DNA from: Lama glama
Taxonomy: Eukaryota
Assembly (NCBI GenBank): GCA_028534125.1
Contig: CM052816.1
Location: forward strand, 68,512,001 to 68,576,000
Direction of reading: 5' to 3'
Length of the DNA: 64,000 nt
Shown here: piece after piece, positions 14,401-25,729 of the stretch
Layout: the number at the start of each line of letters is the position of its first letter
Numbering within the stretch: position 1 is the first letter of the stretch
Position numbers and translations under genes: made by a program
The notes under the pieces: model-generated
What the model saw: only the letters and a program-made list of their open reading frames with translations
The model's database searches: none
What the model was told of the DNA's origin: nothing

Positions 14401-16224
14401 CAATTATTAGAAAATCTGCTATTGCTTAATAAAATTATAATTGTAAATGGATTAATTGTCTCAAGCTATTCCCACTTTAATCACATTGTGAAATGTGCCA
14501 CAAAGAGAGGCAAATAGATTAGACAGAAGTGATCACTGGGTAAACTCACTCCCATGATCATCTAACAAAAAGCATTACAGCTAACAAGCAAACCCAATAT
14601 CCTATTACAGTCACCATACTCATCCATTTCAACACTCATCCCAACAAGTTTGCATGCAATGCACAAATGTCTAACCACTGAGATTTATGGACTATCTAAC
14701 TGCTAGATTATCAAATTTCTCTTAACCTCACATCTTTTACTGTTCTATCCCCAGGTGGTACACTCACTTCAAAAACTAGAATTGGGAAGTTCTAAGAGCT
14801 ACCAGAATAGTAGCCTATTAGTTCAAAATTATATAAGCTTGTGTCAACATTAAATTCCAAATAAAGATCCTGATAAATACTGAGAAAAGGCTGATCACAG
14901 ATATTGCTATCAATCCAAGATGGTGTCAGAACCAATATAAATTTAACAAAAGGGAAGTCTAACTGTCTCTTGAAATATAAATTCAGTTAGAACAACCAAT
15001 CAGAATAGTGACTTTAAAAGAAAATAGGCTATATAAAAGACCTCAGATTTCTCCTACATGAAAATGTCATTGTATTCATCCTTAGTTTCTACAATTCTTA
15101 TTCAACTACGGCAGTGAAATAAAGCCACTGATTGCATCATATTCCATCAAGTCAACTAGGCCAAATAACTAATTGCACAACCAGTACCAGGTGTTAAGTT
15201 TTCAGACTAATGCAAAAGTATACTACAAATTGGCCCCACACAAATATGTACTAAGAATCATAAGGTAGAATTGTTAATATAAATTAATATTCAATTTAGT
15301 ATGCTCAATATCAAGTAACAAGATATGCTACTGAATAGCAGAAAGATTCTGAAAAGATAAATTTGAAAGACTGACAGTCAACTATCCCCAATTTCAGACA
15401 CTCTATACAATAAATATGCACAACATGCTACAGTGCACTATACTGTCTGAAGAACACTTAATGAAGACAAAATCTCAGACTAAGAAAAAATTAAAATTAG
15501 GTGACTATTAAAATCCAAGTGGAAGAAAGTCTATACCTGTGAATCAGGCTTTGTATTAGAACAAATCTATTGAAAACCAGGGGGAAAAAGAGCCATAAAA
15601 TATCCTTTGATCAAGTAATTCTGTTTTTGAAAAAATCTCTTAAGTCAATTTCATTTTTAAGTCAATTTTTCAAATCAAAACTGAAACCCAAGAACCCACT
15701 TCATGATTCCTTCTTCTGAATTAATAGTGTAACTCTTCAAAGGTCATTGAAGAAAAATATCTGATGATTTGTACATTTGAAGATCAAGCGGATGTTACCA
15801 TCTCAATCACCTTAATGTTTTTATCCTGAAACTCTTCCTCATATAAAATCAATTTTCAGAATTCAAAATGTCACCCAAAACCAAACTATATTTTTCAATT
15901 TTCTATATAAGTCTCTCTTAGAGACATTCAACATTAACATAGGCTTGCTTTCACCCACAGCTAAGTCCCAAATCACTGAGATTTAAATTAGGTTGTTAAT
16001 AATACTACATATATTTTTAACTAGCAAATTACCTCAGAATACTGTATTCTATTTGAGGCTTACGATGCTTCTTCATCATTCCCCATAAGATAGTTAATAA
16101 CAACCACATGGAGATAAGCACAGCATAATGAAATAGATTGTGTAATTTAGAACTTTCCCAACAGTGATTTTCAACTCGATAAAATCTGTAGCATTTGATA
16201 ACTACAAACTTTAAATTTTACTAC

Positions 16225-16296
16225 CTTCTCAAACACAGGAACATAGTAAGACATATGAGGTCTGATTATTTCTGCTTCCCAATCTTCATCTCCCAT
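16225..16296 (-). CDS. DDX4: DDX4 first coding exon (exon 2 spans 16225-16310), DEAD-box helicase 4 N-terminus MGDEDWEAEIIRPHMSYYVPVFEK
   Basis: Minus strand reads AG|AACTTGAAGCCACC ATG G (perfect Kozak) ... GAGAAG|GTAGTA. 72 coding nt, phase 0. Acceptor AG at 16312-16311, donor GT at 16224-16223. Confidence 0.97.
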
Positions 16297-16739
16297 GGTG
16301 GCTTCAAGTTCTAATTTTATAAAAATACAAACACACGTATTTGGCCTTAATTAGATCAGAATCGTATCTTTAAAAGCATACACCCTCATCATTTCACATA
16401 CACTCCTTGAAACTACTCAATTAGGTGTTGATCCTCCCCAAAAGTTTTTGCAAAAGGGGCAATTAAGCTTTGTTTCTTACCTAGAGACAGCATTTACATC
16501 CATCCATTTTTTTCGTTAAAAATTAGTTGAACCACTTATCTAATCATTAGCAATCGCCATGTCCCCACTGACGCTTAGGCTTTCCCCCCAAATCTGTTCT
16601 CCATCGAAGGGTTCCCAAACCTCTTAGTGGATATTAAGAGCAGGGGAAATTTTTTTTCAGATATTACTCTAAGTTTCTCCCTTCACACCTCTACCTTCAA
16701 AAGTAGGTATGAGATTTGGTTTGGCATTTTCGATATAGT

Positions 16740-17710
16740 TTCTTGGTAAGGGGGGGCCGGGGGCCCCAGGGCCCAAGCCCTTGAAATGTGGCTGGGAATG
16801 GAGCGGGGTTAGGTGGCCCGAATGCCTCCAACAAGGGACTAGTTTTGCCAAGGAGCGTTTATACACAAATGGTAGTACAACCATCCTTGTTCAGAGAAGA
16901 AGCCGCGCAGGGGCTGCTAAGAAAGGTTCCTCCGCCTCATCTGCAGGCCTCGACCCCAGAATTCAGGCACCCATGGTTCTTTTGGACCCTCAGGCAGGAG
17001 TCAGAAATACCCCAAAGGATGGCTTCACACCTCTGCCCACACCGTCCATTCTTCGCTTGGCCCAAAGTCCAGCTATTGGGAATCCCCCAAGGTTAGGATG
17101 AGACCGGAGCGGTGAAGAGAGCCCCTAGCTCACTCACCTCTTCACTGTTTCCTCTGCTGGGGTCCTCGCAGGCGCCGACGCCGCTTAAACGGCTGCACGT
17201 GCACGACGCAGGCTGCGTCATGTGCGCAGCTCCAACAGCAAATGGCACCTGGCGAGTAGCGCCATCAGCCAATCAGCGCTCAGGCAACCCTCGTCGTCCC
17301 GCCCTCATCTCCAGCCCCTCCTACCCTGTTTGCTCGCAAGGCTGCACTGGCCAGAACCACTAGTTTACTCACAGAGTGGTCCGTTAAGCCTGGAGGTACG
17401 AGGCTGCCTGTAGGCCTCTTGTCTCTGGACTTTTGGGTGGGGTCCTCACTCTGAAAAGGCGATAGATTTTTCCCTGTGCAAGCACTGCAAGCCAAAGGAA
17501 AACATAAGAGTAGAGGGGTAAAATGCCCTCCCACCTACTACCTCTTTAACTTTCTCTCCTCGTTTCTTACTGCAGTCCCTGGCAGTTGGCCGCTCCGGCT
17601 CTTCATTTCTGGGGGATTCCCGGGTGCCTCAACGAATGGCTGAGGCCAGTGGAGGTGTTGGAGTTCTCTTTTCCTCTTAATGAGGGCGGGGATGAGACTC
17701 TATCGCACTG
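16740..17710 (-). promoter_or_regulatory. DDX4: DDX4 CpG-island promoter with E-box (CACGTG 17196-17201), CRE-like TGACGCA, CCAAT box, GC/E2F6 box and MYB sites
   Basis: Local GC and CpG enrichment against an AT-rich background. Motifs read directly: TGCACGTGCA 17194-17203, TGCGTCA 17214-17220, CCAAT 17269-17273, TCCCGCC 17297-17303, CCGTTA 17381-17386. Confidence 0.85.
17138..17190 (-). other. DDX4: DDX4 non-coding exon 1 (5' boundary approximate)
   Basis: Strong donor GAG|GTGAGT at 17137 inside the CpG island. TTTAAGCGGCGTCGGCGCCTGCGAGG resembles the recalled start of DDX4 mRNA. Confidence 0.75.
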
Positions 17711-18207
17711 ATGCTCCAGGAAGCTGTAAAGAAATTAGCTTACTCATACATTTGGGGATCCAACTTTGGGAAGGAAATGCCCCATGATCCAGAAGAAGGA
17801 AATTGTGCTGGCATAGGTCTTTTATCAAGGATTGGATTTGTTATCCAACTGTTTTCTATATCCCTAGGGGTACTGGCCAAACCTAAGGGTGATCTAAGGT
17901 TATATTAGTACTTACGCCCTCATCAATCAGGTATCCTTTATCTGCCCCGCAAAAAGTCAGAGAAACCCTCCATATTTTCCCATCCCTCCAAAAAGCATAA
18001 CAACGGACAACTTAAAATGTGTAGTTTTCGTTTTTGGTTTTATTACCAATATTTTCCGTTCTTTAATTCTTTGAATAAATTCTTGAATATTTCATTCAAT
18101 CTGACACTCAGGTACAGAGGTTGAAGCACTGTATAAACTCACCTCATACTTTATAGCTCTAGAACCACCATTATTGGTCTATCTCTTTCATCAAGAATAT
18201 GTCAGGA

Positions 18208-18482
18208 CATAGAAAACAAACTTCTCGTCACAAGCGGGGAAAGTGGGTAGGAGGGATAAATTAGGAGATTGGAATTAGCAGGTACAAACTCCTATATGTA
18301 AAAGAGATAAACAAGATCTTACTGCATAGCACAAGGCACTATATTCGATATCTTGTAATAACCTACATAGAAAAAGACTATTAAAAGGAATATATATACG
18401 TATAACTGAATCACTATGCTGTACGCCAGAAACTAAGACAATATTGTAAATCAACTATACTTCAATTAAAAAATTAAAAATA
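18208..18482 (+). mobile_element. Short L1 3' end insertion with perfect 15-bp TSD
   Basis: TSD AAGAATATGTCAGGA at 18193-18207 and 18483-18497. Ends GTAAATCAACTATACTTCAATTAAAAAA. Confidence 0.92.
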
Positions 18483-18926
18483 AAGAATATGTCAGGATTT
18501 ATTTATTTAGCACCAAACTTTGTCAGACTCTTTTCAAGGTGAATTGTTTTTGAAAGATTTTATTAAACAATGGTCAATCCAGAATATACTTTTAAATAAT
18601 TGTCATTTTTGATAATTTCTATTCTTAAACATTGTTATATCATACCCTTGAGGGGCTAATACCTTCAATCACTGTATACGTGGGGTGGGGGGAGACCACC
18701 AATACTCCTTTGTATTTGAATTTGTATATAAGATTTTCTGAAAAATTCACTTTGAATTGAATGTTGTTCTTTCAAAAAATTTTATGTCATGGGAGAATAT
18801 GTATTAAGTGAAAAGAGCAAAATATGAAATTGTGTAGATAGAATGATAACCAGCTAGATTTTTTTAAGTATGGAAAATTTGAAGATATTTTCTAAAATGG
18901 ACATATATTTTAAGACACTTAGCAAA

Positions 18927-19060
18927 GGAGGAGGGTATAGCTCAGAGGTAGAGTAAAGCCTAGCATGCACAAGGTCCTGAGTTCAATCCCCAGTATCTCC
19001 ATTAAAATAACAAACTAAATAAATAAACCTAATTACCACCACCACCACCCCCAAAAAAAA
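18927..19060 (+). mobile_element. Vic-1-type tRNA-derived SINE (camelid)
   Basis: GGAGGGTATAGCTCAG (A box)...GAGTTCAATCCCCAGT (B box), A-rich tail. TSD CACTTAGCAAA at 18916-18926 and 19062-19072. Confidence 0.88.
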
Positions 19061-19759
19061 CCACTTAGCAAATATTCTCTGCTATTCACTTTTGGGAAGA
19101 ACAGATTTTTGTTTATTTCAGGTATTGCAATGAAATGATTCTTTGAGAAACATTCAATGACATAATTTTCGAGAGCTAACCATAGTTAAGAAAAAGTGAA
19201 CTCTGATGAGAACTGAAGGCCAATATTGAGGAAGGGATGAACAATGGATGAAAATAATATAATTCAAAAATTCAACATAAACAGTGAAAAAGGACAGCAA
19301 TTCAGTAAATGCAGAATAGATGGACAGGATTGGACAGGATTGCTCCTTAATGTGTCCCAAAAAAGTAAAGCCACTGTATTCTATTCTCTGGCTCCCTCTA
19401 ACAGATCTTAAATTAATAGTGGAAATAAATCACAACATAGGGGAAAAGCAGGAATTCATTAAGTTGTTAAATAGGCTTTAAGTGAGCATCTACTGTATGC
19501 CAGGTACTATGCTAAGTGCTATAAGTAAAATTAGTCTATCTCTCAAGGAGCAATCTAGTAAAAACAATGGCAGTGGCTAATGAAATTTAAAACTTTAAAA
19601 TTCCTGTCTCAGAAGTTTTTCTGGAAAGTTTATATAGAGTTTCTGCAAATTCTCTAAATCCCTTGTAATCAGGTAGGACAAGAGTTTCCTCAAAGATGGC
19701 TTTCAGTTGGAATCAATGTTTGTAGTTAAGTTCAAAGCAATGCAGATAAAGAGAACTGA

Positions 19760-19990
19760 TTTTTTTTATATTTTTTTATTGAGTAATAGTCATTTTACAA
19801 TGTTGTGTCAAATTCCAGTGTAGAGCACAACTCTTTAGTGACACATGAACATATATATATATTCATTGTCACTTTTTTTTCGCTATGAGGTACCACAAGA
19901 TCCTATATACACTTCCCTGTGCTATATAGTACAATCCTGTCCATCTATTCTGCATTTTAAAATCCCAGTCTGTCCCTCCCCACCCCCCGC
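19760..19990 (-). mobile_element. Young L1 3' end (lineage-specific subfamily)
   Basis: T-tract then TTGAGTAATAGTCATTTTACAATGTTGTGTC. TSD AGAGAACTGA at 19750-19759 and 19991-20000. Confidence 0.88.
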
Positions 19991-20000
19991 AGAGAACTGA

Positions 20001-20550
20001 CTTTTTTTAATTGAAGTATAGTCATTTTACAATGTTGTATCAACTTCTAATGTACAGAATAATGTTTCAGTCATATATATACATACATATATTCCTTTTC
20101 ATATTCTTTTTCATTATAGGTTACTATAAGATATTGAATATAGTTTCCTATGCTATACAGTAGAAACTTGTTGTTTATCTATTTTATATATAATAGTCAG
20201 TACCTGCAAAACTCAAACTCCCAATTTATTCCTTCCCACCTCCTTTCCCCCCTGGTAACCATAAGTTTGTTTTCTATGTCTGTCAGTCTGTTTCTGTTTT
20301 GTAACTAAGTTCATTTGTGTCATTTTTTTAGAATCCACATATAAGTGATATCATATGGTATTTTTATTTCTCTTTCTGACTTACTTAACTTAGTGTGATG
20401 ATCTTCAGGTCTATCTATGTTGCTGCAAATGGCATTATTTTATTCTTTTTATGGCTGAGTAGTATTCCATTGTATGTATATGTATGTGTATATATATATA
20501 TATATCACAACTTCTTTATCCAGTCATCTGTCAATGGACATTTAGGTTGT
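20001..20550 (-). mobile_element. Second L1 3' end, in tandem with the previous one
   Basis: TTTTTTTAATTGAAGTATAGTC...CAATGGACATTTAGGTTGT, followed by GAAAACTGAT (third copy of the target site). Confidence 0.88.
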
Positions 20551-22973
20551 GAAAACTGATATTTTAGACAACAATTTTGTATAGTGTGACTATGGACAGA
20601 TTAAAATATAAGAATTTCATGACAAAAAAAATAACAAAGACAAATGACAAACTTGGGAAAATATTTCCAACATAATCCAGAAAAAGGGTTAACATCTGTA
20701 ATATAGAGAGCATCTACAAACAAAAAAAAGAAAAGATCAACAAATCTAAAGAAAAATAGCAGAAGATATAAACATAACAATTCACAGAAAAAGGAAAACA
20801 AACAGCCATTAAATACATGAAGAAATATTCGATTTTATTCATTTTATGAGCAGTGCAAATTAAAACTATATTAAAATGCACTTTTTCACCTATTAAAATG
20901 GTGAACATTTGACTTGGTAAGTGGAGTGCAGGCTGAGTTTAGCTTCTTCTTGCCTTTTGGCTAGGCCCCTTTGTGCAGAGCCAGCCTCCAGAGCTGTACC
21001 TGGTGGCCCTGGCTAACCCCATTTTACAGAGAGAGAAAGATGAAATAACATGTCCAAGTTCGCATTATTAATAAGTGGACAACCTGAGATTACCAACGCT
21101 CACTTCTCAGCCAATTGCTAAGGTTTCTCCCTCTAACATTTTGAAAGTTCTAATTTTTGAACTTTTCTTTTGCCATTTGGGACACAGAGAAATCAGCTTT
21201 CTTTGCTAGGTATAGCTAAAATCTAGTGGAAATGGAAAGGGTTAGACCTTGGTACACTATGCTTTCTTAGTGACTGTTTATCAAATTCCCCATGATTCAC
21301 TGATGATACATTGTTTTGCAGCAAAGGGCCAAGAAGACACCTTAGTCTTAGAAAGAATTGCCCAAGATTCCCTAACACAGTATTTGACTTCTTATCCTTC
21401 ACTTTAAGTTATTAAATTTACTCGTAAGAGTGCTTCAGGGCTGCTGAATGCATTATGTCACCTAGAAGGTCTGGTTGATTACAAGCAGGATCTCTCTCAG
21501 GAATGCTAGTTACACTCAAGACTGATTTCTAAACCAGAATCTCAATGTATGTATTCATAATGGGGAGCAAGTAAGGCTTGTATGTCTTATTCACTGCACC
21601 TCCTTTCTCAGTATCAAAACAATGGGAGGATTTGAATTATTAATCAGGAAGTTGCTAAGTGAGCATGGAATCAGAACAAGTGTTGATGAAATATCTTCAC
21701 TTCACAATAGAGAAAACCTCTCTAGTCACCAGTGCCCAGACCCAGTCTTCTCCATTTGTACCAGTTTCCCACACTTGAGTCATTTGAATACCACATTCAT
21801 GATACTTGCCATTGGTTGCATACTATTAATACTTAGTGTTTCTCTAATCGAATAAACTTTTTAAACTTGAATATTACTTTAGCCTCATCTAAGCAATTAT
21901 ACTTCTGAAATCATAAGTTTTATGCTTTCTAATACATTAAAATAAATATTAAATATAAACACTAAAATGATTATCAAAATAAAAATTGTGCATGAATTGC
22001 CTAAAATTAGTGGTATATGTACCACACTTTGATCAATATTGCCTTAGCCATTACTGGAAAAATATGGGTATTTTTAGCTCTCTAAACCCTACTTGGTATG
22101 CTGAAAACCCTTTCTGGTTACTTTCTTCCTCAGATGTTTTACTAGCACAATAGTATCTTGGAGACATTATAATCCATCACTCTCCTTCTTTTTGTGTTGA
22201 TTCACGGGGCTCCAAACTACAGTATTTAATTTCTTAATATTTTGTATGGTTATGTGCATAGTAGGAGATTCTCAAATATTTATAATACTTAAGAATGAAC
22301 GTTACCTATTTAAGGTAATCCATTTTTGGACTACTAGTAGATTAAATCAACTTTTTCATAGCCTTGACATGGTGCTAGGCACAGACCACATCAATCAAAA
22401 ATGATTATTTGAATAATGTGAAGATAATGCTGAAAACATAAAGTTCCCATCATGGGAGCACCTTCAAAATACTTAGATAACTGGGATCCTGTTTCCTAGT
22501 CTTTCCTCTGTAGTAAACAACAATTTTTGAACGGTTTAAACAACTTACAGCACAAGTGGTTTAATTCAAACAGCTTGCAAAGCAATCCCAGCCTGTCTTA
22601 AGGAAACAGCTTGGTCTCTGAGGAGCCAGGACAAAGGTTTTTTAATTTTTTAATTTTTGTCAGTCTCCAGAAGAGGTTAAAACAGCAGAGTTTCATTTGA
22701 AGCAGCCCCTTCCCAAAGGAACTGGGCCAAAGTAATTTTCAGGCAGCTTCAGTTGAAACATTCTGATCTTCAGATCAGACCAAAGTGCCTAACAAGTACT
22801 CAGAACAAGGCCATAACTAGAAAGATGAAACCTTTAAATAGATCCTGAATAAAGTCAGGAAAGCTTCAAATGTAAAAAGGGAGTGAGCTTGCATGTGGGA
22901 GAAAAAGGGAAAAGTCCTTTCCTTGGAAGAATTTCAGTTAAAAAATGAAAATCTCCACTCCGTACTCTCTAGG

Positions 22974-23197
22974 CCAGGGGTCAGGAAACCACAGTCCTAG
23001 GAATAAATCCAGTCCAAAACCTGTTTCTATAAATAAATAAGAATATAGCCACCCCATTGGTTTACATATTGCCTGTGTTGGCTGCATTTACACTATAAAG
23101 GCGGAACTGGGTAACTGCTGAAAGAGACTATATGGCCACAAAGCCTAAAATATTTGCTACTGGGTGCTTTACACAGAAAGTTTGTCAGATCTTGCTG
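22974..23197. mobile_element. MER58-like hAT-Charlie element
   Basis: CAGGGGTCAGGAAAC...AGAGACTATATGGCCACAAAGCCTAAAATATTT...AAAGTTTGTCAGATCTTG. Confidence 0.7.
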
Positions 23198-23249
23198 TAG
23201 ACCAAGAAAATAATTGCTAGTGACTTGTAGTTCCTATACTATGAGGTCA

Positions 23250-23722
23250 CTACAGAGAACACAGGGGCACCACAGAGCATTTTAAATTTTTGAGGAAAAC
23301 ATAGCAACATCTGTTAGATACCATGTGAGCCAGCTTGAAATACTGCACAGTTTCAACACTAGATCAAGTTAATTCTTTTGGATAACATGATATCTTTGCA
23401 AAGCTGAGTTTTCAGCAGTTGCTATGATCTCAAGCAAGTGTACAAAATCCAGTGTGGAACAGGAAGTGAAGATTGTGATGTCCCATCTGATTCTAAGGTT
23501 TGAGAAATTATGCAGTGCCCAATAGGTGTACACATTTAATTAGTAAGTAACTATGCTCATTTATGAATAAAATATTTTTCTTTCAATTTATACACATATT
23601 TAAATGGCTACTAAGTTGTTAGGGTATAAACATGAATTAATTTGTTTAGACCTAATTACTTAGTAAACAGAAACTAAGGACACTGAGAAAAATTTACTCA
23701 GACACTAAGGGTGACATGCACC
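23250..23722. mobile_element. Charlie1-like hAT transposon fragment
   Basis: GTGGAACAGGAAGTGA...TCTGATTCTAAGGTTTGAGAA...AAATGGCTACTAAGTTGTTAGG...CAGACACTAAGGG, recalled Charlie1 end. Confidence 0.65.
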
Positions 23723-23989
23723 TTTGCTCTAGCAGATGATCAATAGCTTCTGATCATCAATGACTGGTGCAGAGCTGAAGGGGAATTTTGGAAAAGATGG
23801 TATCTGAGCCCACTGAATAGTCTTAATATCACAAATGAAAGACCTCCAGAAATCATATGCTTCCTGATGTGATGGGAAGTATAAAACACCACCTATAGAG
23901 GCTTGATTTAAAAAATCAAGTTCAAGTATGATCAAGCTTCTAGACTTAATTACCAGTCTACTAATTCTATAAAGCCTATATTCTTCGTT

Positions 23990-24858
23990 GTGTGACCACT
24001 CTATTCCATTAGCTTAGTGGTCAGCTATTGATTTAACAGAGATGTCTTAATTTAATGACTAGAAACAAAAATTTAAAAAACAGCCAAAATGCAAAAAAAA
24101 ACTTTGTCTTTGCCAATTAGCTGTGTGTTGTTGGGGCGTTCCTTCATCGCTTAGCAAGATGCTTTACTGTTTTGCATTAGCCTTCACTTCCTGCTTGCAC
24201 AGACTCTGAAGGTCAGCCAGAAATGAAAGCTTAGGGTCTTCTCAGGTCTTTTCTGATCATGTGTTCAGACCAAGGCATGCATGTGGCATTCTAGATTTCC
24301 CAGAATAAGAGGAAGCTTTTCAAAACCCTTATTCCCCAACTATCTTCTTCTCCAACCTCTTCCTTCCTAGGCTGTTTGGTCTGTTTATTGCTTGCGCCAA
24401 CTGTAATACCTTGTCCTGGTGGCAGTGGGTAATACATTTGCTTTATATTCTTTTGACCAACACTGCCTAGGAAGCTGCCTCTGCCCAGGGGAAGCTCCAA
24501 GTCAGGCAAAATAAAGGTAAGCCCTTGAGCCAAACCTTCAGGGAACCACCAGACCGGTCAAAACACACAATTAGAATTCCTTTAGAATAAGGTCCATATT
24601 GCCCCTCTGCTACCAGCAATCTACACCAAGAATGTGGGCTGTTGTCTTCAATGCCACTGCCAAGCTGGAGATGATCACTGAGCTCTCTTGTCAAAATTCA
24701 GCAGTCTTTCTTAAGTGTTCCCCTGGTTGTTGGTTTTTATTACATTCCAGAGCTCAAAAAAAAAAGTTTATTCTGACAGTTTCACCAGCTTATTTGTTGC
24801 TTTTATGAAGGAACGGTTTTCAAGTTCCCTATTCTGCCATTTTTGCTGATGTCATTCC
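23990..24858 (-). mobile_element. Old L1M 5' region fragment
   Basis: Ends TTCTGCCATTTTTGCTGATGTCA, the reverse complement of an L1 5' start TGACATCAGCAAAAATGGCAGAA. Confidence 0.6.
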
Positions 24859-25114
24859 ATACCATTTACTTTTGTGTTTCTCAGCCTTGCCTAAAAATAT
24901 TTTCTCAGCTTGTAAAGTGGAGGAAGAAGAAATTTTTGCTATCACTGGCACTATCAAAAGAATGTTCTGCTGATTTGAAGGCAGGCTAAAGAGCAGTTGC
25001 AAAAGTTTTTAACAAGGATACCACTAGTGAAATAACTTTTATCTGCCTTAAAGGCAATGTTCATCATATCCCCTGCCTTGCATTTGTCAAACCTTCAATA
25101 ATAGAGGTAGTGTT

Positions 25115-25340
25115 TGATGGTGTTTGAGAGCACAGGCTTTGGAATAAGACCTCAGTTTGAATTAGACCTCAGTTTCAGCTCTTCTGCCACTTGATAGTTG
25201 CTTGGCCTTGAGTGACTCACTTAAATTCTCTAGAGCTGTTTCCTTTTCTGTAAAATAGGGATAATACATACTTCGAAAATCATGGTAAAGGCTTAAAGAG
25301 ATAGTGTATGTAAAATGCTTGGCACTCAATATTAGCTATA
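25115..25340 (+). mobile_element. MIR SINE
   Basis: GAGAGCACAGGCTTTGGA...GGCCTTGAGTGACTCACTTAA...TTTCCTTTTCTGTAAAATAGGGATAATA...AAAATGCTTGGCAC. Confidence 0.75.
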
Positions 25341-25729
25341 TGTTAAACTTGGGTTGTTTAATTTGGGGTTCTTAACACATTACAGTACATTGTCAGTTTC
25401 TTCCTGGTTGTTTTGTCAAAAAAAAAAAAAAGCCACTGGCTTCCTACCTTAGGTATTGTCATACGCTTTTCAGGAGACTTACCTTGAACTGACTTTTTAT
25501 AACAAGCACACTAATTCTACTTATATTGTATGTTTATTTGGGGTGGATTTGGGAGAAATTGTTAGGGATGGGGAGAAAGTGCTAAAGCCCTCCCAAAGCC
25601 CCTCCTTTAGCCTAATGACTAATTTGTCAACACGTAAAAAATAAAAACAAACAATCTAAGTGTCTAGACAAGGGAGGAAAAATGTCAATACAACACTTTT
25701 TTTTTTCAAGCCAGCATCACTTGGTATTT

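Noticed and set aside
16669..17534. Cluster of 63-106 aa ORFs around the DDX4 promoter
   Set aside because: CpG-island artefacts overlapping exon 1 and intron 1, with no homology I can recognise.
18927..19005. tRNA-like sequences with A and B boxes (also at 31317 and 58258)
   Set aside because: They have A-rich tails and TSDs and diverge from one another, so they are SINE copies rather than tRNA genes.
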